DNA from: Podospora anserina
Lineage: Eukaryota
Assembly: GCA_017654855.1 (NCBI GenBank)
Contig: CM030335.1
Location: 2,790,001-2,854,000 of the forward strand
DNA: 64,000 nucleotides
Direction of reading: 5' to 3'
A program made the translations under genes and the position numbers. The notes under the pieces were generated by a model. It had not been told where the DNA came from. It saw only the letters and a program-made list of their open reading frames with translations, and did no database searches. Positions within the stretch are counted from its first letter, which is position 1. Each line of letters starts with the position of its first letter. This document shows positions 53,423-64,000 of the stretch, in pieces.

Positions 53423-55901
53423 ATGGGAATACCCAACATTTCCAAGATCAGGATTAACAGTAAAGAGGTGGCTTGCGTCACCCACCTTCATGCAACTGGC
53501 CTGTATTCCAAGGTTTTTGCAATCACTGTAGGCCAGCCAGTCTTTCTGGCTTACATGTCTTGCAACTCACCCCGCACCAGTCCAAAATCCCAACTCGCGG
53601 GACAGTATCTATCCAATCATAACCCGCTTTGAGATGTATGCCCCCTTCCAGCCCTCCGAAGAGTCGCTCGATGATGACTAGGGGAGGGAGGCATACAACA
53701 CCAGCATTCACATCATCCCCTCTCTCACTCACAAAACGACAATTCTTGGAGTCTGCGACTTTGACTTGCGACCAGAATTCAACATCAAGACGATCGAATC
53801 CCATGACAGGCCTCCGAGATGATTTGCTATTGTGGGGAAGATGGCGTGAATGCCCGGTTAACTTGTTAAATGATGCCCACGCACCTTTGTGTTGGAAAAT
53901 ACACGGGGGTTTCTGAATGGCTGTCACGACTTAATAGGTACGTTGGTTTGAAGCCTGGAAAACTAATGGAGCTCGCGGACGACGAAGACGAGCAAAAGGA
54001 GAAACCGACTTGCGCTAAAACTGCCTGGGAGGGTCCGTTATCCAGATGTAAGACCTGCGCAGTTGAAAGAGAGAAGCTGTTAAGGAATGAGTAATGAATG
54101 AGGAGGAAGATAATGACTGGGTAACTACCTATGAAGAGGCTTTGGGGACTTGGGTCAGACTTATATAGATTGGGTTTCTGTCTCCTGTTTCGGTTGGGGA
54201 AGGGGGTCCCCCGTATTCTCCGTTTTCGTCTTTGCATTTCGGTTCGATTCACCACATCACGTTGCATTTTTGGTCGTTTGCCTTGGCATCTATTCTCAGA
54301 CCTGACATCTAGCTTAGTTCCATAGAAGCGAAGCGAAGATGAGCCCTTCGGTCCTCAATTCAGAAGAGAATGTTTCATTGGCTTGTGATGCTCTGACTGC
54401 ATGGGTGAGCGGCGTGATGGTGAGGCACAACGATTTCCAATCGGGGGATCCGCGGCGTGATTTAGGGGTTTGATCGTGTGAGACCTAACGCCGTGGCGTG
54501 TTCAATTTGGGCTTGTCGTACCACGAGACTTTATCGGGCGTTGGGAGGGTTATTTCCAGCTGTTGTTGGGATGGCATCTTGACCGGTGAGAGAGGGGATT
54601 TTGAGTAGGTCTTTTGAGAAGGATCACAGGATTTGACCACTTGAAGGTGGAATAAACTTGCTGTGGTGTGTTCAGCCGTTCTTTGGCTTTGTGCCGTGGA
54701 GCTTGGGCCGCACCGCTGAGGATGCCCTAACTGAACCCTAACCCCTGCTTGCCTAAACCCGAGGAGCTCAGCCTTCTTACGACACACCGAGATTATTCGG
54801 TCTGTTTGGTTGCCCTAAATCGCATTGTCATGCGGCTAGGTATGATAGGATAATCACTTTATTTTGTGAAGCCGAGGTGCGAATGTCTTACAGTGCCGAA
54901 AGTTCCATACTGACAGGAATTTCTCCCGCCACAAAAGGGGGACCGAGGGGGCGGGTTAGGTTAGGTAATTTACTTGAGGCTGAACCTGAGATATTCTTGA
55001 TGTGACTTTCGTGTTCATGAACTCATGCTGTGAGGGATTCGGTTGCATCTGACTGTGCCCGGGAGCTGAGGAGAGAATGTTATCTCGGTGAGGTTTACAG
55101 TCCATCTGGAAGTTTGGCCCATTTGGATGAGTTCAATGGATCGAGGATACAAACGGGATAGAGATACATTGATAGATTCCAGTCTCCATTCCCGTGCCAA
55201 GTTCGGTTTGAACGGATGATCATTCAACGGTCTGGTGGGGTGGATCAGGGGGGGGGCATAATCGGGCGTACGCTAAGATGTTTCGGCCTGTGCCGGATGC
55301 TCTGTGCCATAAGGGCTGCTCCTTCAGCGTGGAATGAAGGGTGGTAATTCGTCAATTCCTCGGTTTCGAGGTGGATATCTCGGTGGTGTGACGTTTATAA
55401 CATGAAAGCTGAGATCTATTGACGAGTGGGCCGCCGGCATGTATGCAGGGCTCGGTTGTACGGGGTGAGATATGGACCTAGGGAGGTGGAATGGGGTTTG
55501 AGAGAGATCATAGCCGTGGTTGTTTTCGTGCGATGGGGACGGAGGGATTGGTGGCTCATGGTGGAGGTTTCTTTGGCTTCGATGCTAGTGATTCTGAGGG
55601 CACTTTGCATGGTTCAAGAGCACCTAATTTGAAGCAAAAGAAAGCAAATAATACATGTATACCGGAAACGAAGCGCAAGACTGGCTACAAACTGAGAAGA
55701 GCAACCAAGGAAACAGTACATAGAGCTGTAGCACCAAAAAAAGCCTATGACCCTGCGACAATATCCCCGTAGTCCAACTGCGTTGAAGCCGCCGAATCAT
55801 AGCATCACCTCACGTGTGCCAAAACGTCAGGGTAAGTTGATGCACTTGTAATGATCTGTATTATTCGGTAAATAGGTCAAGTAACTTCGGAGGGCGTGGT
55901 T

Positions 55902-56858
55902 TTATGGCCCAAAAGCTCCAGTGGATGAACCACTCTGTGAGAACTGGCTCGCTGTCTTGATCACGCCAATGAGGCCACTGACATCTCCGGTGCGCATATA
56001 CAGGTCTTCAGCCTGTTTTCTTTGCTGTTGAAAGGCCTCGCTTTGGAATTGCTGTTGGATCTGGCAGTCCATCCAGGCACCATTGATATCGGCTAGGCTG
56101 GAAGAGTTCTGCCTAGATGGCGCGGGGGTGTAGATGCGGGGGGCTGTAGCCTCAGAGAATGCGCTCCCAGTTGAAGCTGTGTCTGAGCAGTTGGATAGCT
56201 GGTCATCTTCTGGGTCCGGGGATACTGTCCGAGAGGTGTCTGAAAGTTCTGGGGGAGAAAGAGCTCTGGCCCATCGATTTGGCTCTTGCCGGCATGTGTG
56301 TTGCAAGCCGCTGAGGTTTCCAAGTTGGGGTCCAGTATTCAAGGAAGGTTTCCGTGAGGTCAGAGGAGTAATCCATGCTGGATCCCGTAGATCATCCGGA
56401 ATAGGCATTGTCTCCTGTTCACCTCGAAAGACTGACGTTCTGGCAACGTTCTCAAACCATTGTGTCCCGCCAGCGAATGCGATCATGGGAAATGATCCTG
56501 CGATGACAAGGTGCCTCGTTGTGAATTTGGGATTTGGAGTTTCGTATCTCCAGTCAACATGAACAATGTGTCTCTTAATCTTTACCAAGGCGTCTAGTTC
56601 GTCGAGGCCGATTTCGAGGAGTTTGGATGCCAGAGCAGTAGAGATAGTGTGTGGTCCTCCTAGGTCGATAGATACAGGAGACACGAAGTGCTCTAACGAT
56701 CCGGAAGCCAGGCCACCATGTGAATGTTCGTGAAGCCGAGTAATGCAGATTGAGTCCTGTTAAGGTCGCATTGTTAGCATGCCAAAGAGCCTGCGCATAT
56801 CTCAGGAAGAACCACATACAAAAGTATCAGCTTCACCGGTCGAAGACGTTTGCGCCAT
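55902..56858 (-). CDS. Orphan A4 (~297 aa): N-terminal beta domain and TGD helix motif; 2 exons
   Basis: Exon 1 MAQTSSTGEADTF; intron 56819-56757 (GTATGT...GCTAAC...ACAG) is in frame. Motifs SIDLGGPHTISTALASKLL, VDWR...TTRHLV and RKQAEDLYMRTGDVSGLIGVI. Confidence 0.7.
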
Positions 56859-58581
56859 AGTTATTGATGCTTCAGAGATGCTAAACAGAAGGCTGATGAT
56901 CGGGAAACTCCCGGAGAGGGGAACTATGTGATCTTAAGAGAGAGAAAACTGCTGCGTCCAAGAAGAGGAAAAAACTTGTAGTTGCAAACCTCGGCTTTAG
57001 CCCTCAACCAAATTTGGCACGGGGCAAGGCTCCAAGTCCCTCGCCGTGTGTGTACGTAGCATGGCAGCCCAGTTTTCAAGGCCATTATTGCTCCGCGGCA
57101 ATGCGACACCATATGTCTCGTATCAATCAGAACGGCAAGCGCGATACAAGTACCACCTACATCCTAAAAAGGGGAATTGTAAATTGGTGGTGGCTGCATG
57201 AGGGTCAAACAGTCTGCAACCAATCATGGAACACTTCGGATACATCCCTGCCAAACAGGGTGTGGGACTGAAAGGCATCGAACTGCTCACATGGCAAGGT
57301 ACCTAGTTAAATACCCGCCCAGGGCGTCCATTGTGTTTAACCTCATCGATGACAGGAGCAATACATTGCCAGATATCAGTCACTAGAACCGTAGACATGC
57401 TACTTACGCCCAAGATGCTTGTTGAAACAGCTTACGTAGAATACTCTCGCGGTCTCATGCGGCTTGGGTCGGTTTGCAAAGGGACGACTCTCTCTTCTCT
57501 TGGCTGGTGTCGCCCGTCAGTTTTCCAATTACCCAAAACTCCAAAATCAACCCTGGTGGTGGGAGCTGAATGCAGGTCCCACCAACCACCATGAACCTCG
57601 GCCAGAACACCATGTTTGTGGGCTTCCTACTGGTCCCTGAAGCTTTGGAAAATGCTCTCAACGAGCTAGCTTTGTCGTGTCTGGCCGGTGAAATCCGCTT
57701 CTTCGCTCCCATCAGTCTGCCTGATAAAAATTCCCGGTATTGACTGCAAGTGCTCCGCGGCCCATATCATTCTATCAGCATTAAACGCCCGACGCCTCCT
57801 TTTTCATCTCGTCCCATCAAAGTGAGCCAAATGACCCCGCCAAAAACTCTCGGCTTATCAGACCCAGAGCTCTCTCCGCTTGTTTGCTCACCGAGCCTTC
57901 TGGTCACCTCTTGTCGACGACAACTTGCCCTGACGAGACCATCTCCACCTTTGCTTAAGCAAGAAGTGTCTTTGACAGAATCAACACGAGGACTCTTTTG
58001 TCTGCTTTCCAGCTCCGCGTTTGTCAGTTTGGATCTTGCCCTGAAGAATTCCAGAAGCTGCCGTCCAACGCAACGAGCCGCAATCTTGCGTGTGCCCGAA
58101 AGTGCATACCCGGCAAGTCCATCGACGAAAAGCGCAGCTGCTCGATCTCATCTAGCCCACCTGCGCCATTCTATACCAGTTCAAGCATTTCGAGTTGGCT
58201 GGGAGTTTGGTATCGAGAGCGGCGGGGTTAGGCAGAGGAAGTGTCGTGTGCGGGAGCAGCGGGACTGTCTAGAAGGGAAAATCACAAAGTTAGCAACAAC
58301 ATGACATCTCCAAGACTTCTCCGGATACTAATGCATATGCCTTGATAGACACTCCCATCCTAATCAGCGGCCCTGTTAGGCGTCACGGTGCGACTCCACC
58401 GACAACACCTTTCGCACACGGCCCAAATTCAGACCCCAGAGACGCCTCAAGCTGCAGCCACAGCTTGCTAGCTTTTCACCTGGAGAAGGTCATCTACCCT
58501 ACCACAAACCAAATCTGCAGAACCGCTGCTCGGGCTGCTCGACATCCGTAAAACCAAACCTCGGGATAAAGCCCAGCAACA

Positions 58582-59377
58582 ATGCTGCCTCGCGATCCCC
58601 CCTGGGCTCGGCGACGGAGAGTTCGCCACTTTCCAAATAATTTTCTCGTCCCGGGCGAGTTCATGACAGAAATTGGGTTGATCACAGAGACCCCGAATTA
58701 CGACGTCGTCAGACTACCGGGGTGTCTCATCAGCCCCAGGTTCCGAAACTCATATATGCTGGACGACACCGCCCACATTCTGGGCGGTCAGCCAGGCGAG
58801 TATCCGTCGCGCGAGATGACCGCGGACGAAACCCGCATGACTACGTTTACATCCCCGCTAGGGCTCATGTCCAGCAGCCGGAGTGTTGTCGCCGTGTTTG
58901 AGATCCGGCAACTTTCGTTGAGGTTTGAACTCATGAGGTTCCCTGTCGTGAGTAGCAACCTGTGTCGAGAGCTGGGGATCAGTGTGATCCTGGGGCTGCC
59001 GTTTATCCAATGGTACCAGGCTCAGATAGCTATGCTTCCCCAACCGCGGCTCGCGTTAGCTGCTGATACTGATGCACAGTATGCTCAAGGCCAGGGTGAC
59101 CAGGAGCTGCCTAACAGCGGCGGTGGCGGTCAAGAGTGTGGCAATCGCAGTAATGTCGATGAGTGGGTCCAGAGGCAGCAGATCCAGCAGATGCCCGTGG
59201 TCGTCGCCGCTGATGAGAGCGTGGGTACCATGGAAGGCGCCATGAATGACCCAGAACTGAACACATGGTGTGTAGTCAAAACAAGCTTTTGAAGGAGGTT
59301 CATGCAACGCTAACGTCGTGTCGATTGGTAGGGATATCCTTGTGGCCCCGGCAGAGATGGGTGCCCACATCAGCTGA
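58582..59377 (+). CDS. Orphan B4: degenerate retropepsin-like domain; 2 exons
   Basis: CLISPRFRNSYMLDDTAHILG...PLGLMSSSRSV...ISVILGLPFI. Intron 59268-59331 (GTGTGT...GCTAAC...TAG) gives a WDILVAPAEMGAHIS* end. Confidence 0.65.
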
Positions 59378-60505
59378 CCGCTGCTGTGGTTCATAACTTC
59401 ATTTGTGGACGGCGACTCGGCGAGGACAGCCAGTGAGCTTGAAGCAGCCAGGGTAATGGAGTGAAGACATTGGCTACCAGGTCAGACTGATGCAAGAACT
59501 GCACACGAGTAACCGGTGAGATGTCGGTTGGTTATCTGACACCTGGTTGGCCCATCATCGAACCCCGTTTTCATTTGGAAATATTATCTCATGATTCGTG
59601 TCTGACCGGCAGTTACCAGCTGGCTGGGTTCGTGTTTCATCGTGTGTGTGGACCCAGTCCCGGGAGAACTGCGGATAGACGGATGTCAGGGATGGGCTAG
59701 TGTTTGCTTATTTCGACGTCGCAGATCCACATCATGTCGTGTTCGCATTAGCTGGACATGGACACTCGGTGGCTGCTTGAAGAACGTCAGTTTCAGGGTT
59801 GGTCGTGAGGAGAAGGCTTTTTGAGTGGGTGGGGTGTGGATTTGGCATGTTCTGGAAGCTGTGGGAAGGGGCGGGAAGGGGCAGGAGGATTGTGATGATT
59901 TTTATGACCAAATCTCCTTGCAGTTTTTGTGCTAAACTAGCACCCACCCAGGGTTCGCTTGGAAAGCTCTTTGGCTCTCCAATAGGGCCGCTCTGGACAT
60001 ACGTTACGTTGTTCGATTTTATTCAAGTAGCCTAGATCCCAGACTGATAGTCTAGACACTCAATCATACGCTTATGAAGTATCACAATCTTGAAGCTCTG
60101 TGTAAGTAGTCGCCAGAGAGCAGGGGTAGTCAGGGTTAGGGCTTAGCACCTATAATCTACCTGTACACAGAACCACTCAGGGCCGACAACCATGTTAGGT
60201 TCTGTCGGTTACAGTATCGAGGCCCTATTCCCACAATACTAAGTATATGGTATTTTCAGGGGCTTCTAGCTCACACCTTCTAGTACATTGACTGCTGATG
60301 GCGTGTAACGCAATGTGCAGAGGAAGTAAAAATATGCTCGAGATTCGCGATGTTCTAACAGTGACCTATGGCCATCCCCAAGTAAAAGGAAATGTGAGAA
60401 AGACTAAATAAACATCATACATACTCGACAGGAAATGAATCATTTGTCTACCAACCCCCGAAACACCGCATCAGAAACATTATAACTCAAGTGAACCCGG
60501 TGCTA

Positions 60506-61309
60506 TCACTCAGAACAAACACTGTTGTCCGACGGTGAAATAGACCGAGACTCCATATCTCGTTTGTGGCAGGTACTCAAGCTGCTCTTCCCGGACATAA
60601 TGTATTGTTGCACCTGCATAACCCGAAGAAGACAGCTCACCTCACCCGTCGCCTTACTATGCTGCTCAGCACGCCGTCGAAGTTCGCTGAGGAAGGCCGG
60701 GCACGGTTGTTGTGTGTAGTCGAGCTGTCTTCTCCGTCTTCTTTTGCTTATGCCGCAGTATTGATTCGGGGAGATCTTACCTGCTCCTGTCAAGAGAGGC
60801 GGAGAAGGATAGGATGTCTTCAGCTGAGCTCGAGAGTCTTGCTGGGATTTGCGTAACCTTTGGTGGCTACTCGTTATCTTTTGAAGTCTGTCTAACCGTT
60901 CGGCAAAGACGATGGTATAGTTCTGTGCATCGACCGTAGATGTGGTGTCGGTGATCTTATGGCGAGTGGTGATCACGGGATATGAACCCTCAGTGCTGGC
61001 GGTAAGACGCCACTGTAAAATGACGTTGCTAGCTTTTGCAGGAAGGTGATCTGAAAGTATAGAACGTAACAGCGTGATTGGGATCTCGTTCTGTTGATTG
61101 GAGGTTCCACTGGTGTAAGGAAAGCTACAGGGCTTGTCAAATTGTCGACATGCTGCTGGAATTCCCGGAACTGTCACAGAATGAAGATATATCCTCGACA
61201 ACTGCCCCAATGTTAGCTTGAGATCTCTCGTTGTTGCGAATCGGTGGCAACTTGCTCTGTCTTGGGGTTCCTCTACCTTGATTGTCACAGCCTGTTGATC
61301 GGAAGACAT
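60506..61309 (-). CDS. Orphan A5, paralog of A4; probable 54-nt GC-AG intron
   Basis: ATG at 61309 in a CAACAATG context (an upstream in-frame ATG lies at 61390). LQWR...TTRHKI...IVFA and RRRAEQHSKATGEVSCLLRVM align with A4. Confidence 0.7.
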   Translation of the reverse strand: MSSDQQAVTIKVEEPQDRASCHRFATTRDLKLTLGQLSRIYLHSVTVPGIPAACRQFDKPCSFPYTSGTSNQQNEIPITLLRSILSDHLPAKASNVILQWRLTASTEGSYPVITTRHKITDTTSTVDAQNYTIVFAERLDRLQKITSSHQRLRKSQQDSRAQLKTSYPSPPLLTGAGKISPNQYCGISKRRRRRQLDYTQQPCPAFLSELRRRAEQHSKATGEVSCLLRVMQVQQYIMSGKSSLSTCHKRDMESRSISPSDNSVCSE

Positions 61310-63103
61310 TGTTGAAGAATTAGGTGGGAAGGCAAGGGTGTGAGCTGCTGTTGAAAGTCTTGTATGCCGTGAAAGTATCATTCTAGACATCGTTATATAC
61401 GTCTAGGTTTAGCACCAGAAATAGAGTAAAAGCTCACCGAGAAGGATGCATCAACAAGGCGTACACTCATGATCTCACGGGTAAGAGTCGTGGCTAGAAC
61501 TGGTCGACCATTGTCAGGGCCCATTTCTGATCCACATTCCAAGCCAACTGATTCCATCCTCGTAGAGCCTCAATGTGCCTGAGTGGTTCGGTTTAGTAAA
61601 TGTGCTATCAACATGCTTGCAAGAGGCTACAATGAGGTATGTTGGCTCAGATCCTCGCCACAGCACATCCATCGGGCACTGGATGAGAATCATGTTATCA
61701 AACAGTGAAGATGGAAATGCCAAAAGGAAGCTGAACTCATCCCCTATCGATAACAGATTGCTCCAACCGGTAACACATTGATCTTGCCCAAAAGGGGGTT
61801 GCATAAACGCCTATTTATTACATCAGTACTTTTCAGCGCCAGTCGCTGTCCAATCATGAAGGCTGAAATTTGGTGAAATAAGCGCCTGCCATCCTCTCGC
61901 AGGGTCAATTTGGAAGTTCATAACCGCAGCACCTGCCCCGTTCACACCGAAGGTAGGTCGCGCACTTGTCTCTCTCTCTTTGCAGCCCTGCAGGCCTGAA
62001 TCTGTTTTAAGGCACGATTGAGTGACCAGTTCCTTCGAATGTCCGCAGCTCTCGTCCCGAACTAACCCGACACTCACAAACACCGACCTACCATATTCCG
62101 ACAATTCCAATCCCGTCTTTCTGGCCTTGGCAGGTTCGCCTCCCCTCACATCGACTGCGCTTTCGAGTAACCCCGCACATGAGTCCGGTGCCAGCTATCG
62201 TCACGATCATGCTCCTCGATGCGATGCGGTTCATACCACGACTGGAAGTCTCACTCGCGGTCCATCGAAGTGGATGAAATTGACAATACATATTGAGGGG
62301 CTGGCTCATGTACATTTCCATCAAGCGGGCTGTGTCTGGCTTGGTCATGATGGTTGTGGAGATGGAATTCCCTGTTGTAACTTGCTGCGATTTAGGGTAC
62401 AGGTTGCTGATTGGAGACCTGGAGCTTCCTGGGCTGTAAACAGCGCCCATTTTACACAGGGCCTTTGCTCATGAATACACCAAGTGCAGGATTCAGCCTA
62501 CCCTTCATAAATGTTTTTCCATTATTGATTACATCTGAGGTGAAGTCGCCTCGATTTCCCTTTTATATGCTGTGGGGCATGTACTGAAGGGTGTGGGTAG
62601 GTTGGCTTTTGAGTCTGGAAGGTCCCTCGGATTCAACTTTGACATTAGTCCACTAGTTGCCCTGTTCCCCTTGGCAATACCATTTGCTTATTTGGGACTT
62701 AGATTCTCTTTGTAATTACATCCCACTTGAACACTTATCCTACTTTTTGAACGGCCGTTATGATTGGAAGGCTTCTATGATATTGTACATTAGGCCGTTC
62801 GCCTCCCGATATTTCTATCAGACTGCCTCTCCCCCCAGCCACGATCACTCTGTGCCCCCTCAACTAAGACTCCGGAGTTAAAAGAAAGAGACCGACCCAC
62901 AGCAAAGACCTCGGATAAAAGCACACGAACTTGTGCTATTTCTTTCTCTATAGCCAGCACCGTTGCTTTGGGCGGTTCGGCCACAGTCGAAGGGGTTCTG
63001 CTTTGGCACGGGTAATTCTCCCCTCAACAAACATTCAGATATTTACTGATGGATGTCCAGAAAGAACTAAGTCCTGTCATCCTTGAGGAGCATCTACGAC
63101 ATC

Positions 63104-63746
63104 ATGAGCGACGTACAACCTGCATTCAACACCGCCCTCCGCCGGGTCAACGCCACAGTGCTTCGTGTGAATCATCGCCGAGAATGCATCATGGGTGCTA
63201 AAGTTCTTCCTAATCATGTGGGTACAGAGGGCGTCACCTTACAAACGTGGTATTCAGAACACCATCGAGTCAACTACATCTCTAAGGACATGCTAGCGGC
63301 GCTCGGATGGAACTATTGCACTCCGGACCTTGGCAGAACTCTGAACCCACGGGGAGGTGTCTTCAAACCTGTTGGATGGGTCGATCTTTACGTGCAACAG
63401 CCAACTTCCCCGTTCGATTGGAAATTTGTTCAATTCCATGTCCTTGACGAACCCCTTGGGATTGAAGTGTACGACATCCTCGGCCAGCCCCGGAGATTTG
63501 ATCTCATTATCGGCGAGGCCAGCTGCGCTCAGCTCTTGGGTAACGCTTTCGACTACCAGCAGTACAACTTCGACCCCGAGGGTTTTGAACAGCAAAGGCA
63601 ATACGACTATGCTCTTTGGGAGCAGCAGCAGCTTGAGATATTGAACAGGGAGCAACAAGATTACGGTCGCTACGATTGGAACTGGTATGTTTCGCTGGTT
63701 TTGCCCCTCTATCATTCATTCCACACTGACATCAATCTCTTCCAGA
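63104..63746 (+). CDS. Orphan B5: degenerate retropepsin-like domain and Q/Y/D-rich tail; stop codon created by splicing
   Basis: TWYSEHHRVNYISKDMLAALG...GGVFKPVGWVDL...FHVLD...FDLIIGEA. Intron 63685-63745 (GTATGT...CTGAC...CCAG) yields TG|A. Confidence 0.65.
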
Positions 63747-64000
63747 TTTTCTCTCTCTAAATCAGCGGGGGCATCCACACGCGCTCTTTTGGCTTCGGGA
63801 TTTCATCAAATCAGTGCTTTTTACGACGTGGGGGATATTTAAGGAGGTTGATTTTAGGGCGGACTTTTGCGTATTATGATTTACATTTCCTATCGTGCTA
63901 TTACACGCACGTTAACCCCCTCTAACGTTTCTTACACCAACCCTTCTAACACCTGTATCATTCGACCTCCCCAACACGACTACCTCCCGACACTTTATTA

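Noticed and set aside
53523-54787. Additional minus-strand gene between B3 and A4 (ORFs 53523-53927, 53866-54267, 54485-54787), with a faint EFW...RFV...CLP echo of the A motif
   Set aside because: I could not build a consistent spliced model, and the motif similarity is too weak. It may be a degenerate gene and needs RNA evidence.
44816-54936. Ndt80/MSE-like GNCACAAAA sites near 44817, 50563 and 54928
   Set aside because: The motif is short, expected by chance, and not present in every divergent spacer.
60131-60146. Telomere-like TTAGGG
   Set aside because: Only one to two copies; not an interstitial telomeric tract.
39000-64000. LTR retrotransposon remnants as the source of the protease-like ORFs
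   Set aside because: I saw no gag, RT, RNase H or integrase motifs, no LTRs and no long direct repeats. The ORFs are intact and several carry spliceosomal introns.

Overview
Eukaryotic DNA from a filamentous ascomycete, probably Sordariales and Podospora-like. This is inferred from short GT-AG introns with CTAAC/CTGAC branch points and from the gene content. The window has two parts. (1) About 0.4-35.7 kb is a conserved housekeeping block: ABCA transporter, lysyl-tRNA synthetase, a conserved zinc-finger-like hypothetical protein, HP1/Swi6, a cupin, NOT4 (probably with two alternative C-termini), complex I 30-kDa subunit, a divergent carboxy-muconate cyclase / intradiol dioxygenase pair flanked by degenerate repeat arrays, KAR5, MRPL6 and MET22/HAL2. 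(2) After a frameshifted membrane-protein gene and an AT-richer spacer, about 39-64 kb is an orphan region holding five consecutive head-to-head gene pairs. In each pair the plus-strand gene (B1-B5) encodes a highly diverged retropepsin-like domain that lacks the catalytic D-T/S-G motif. The minus-strand partners (A1-A5) are linked to one another by two short C-terminal motifs: W-x-W-D-x4-R...(C/A)-P and a helical TG(D/E) motif. I do not recognise this repeated two-gene cassette, and it is the main candidate for an undescribed system. All alignments and exon models were made by eye; no searches were run.
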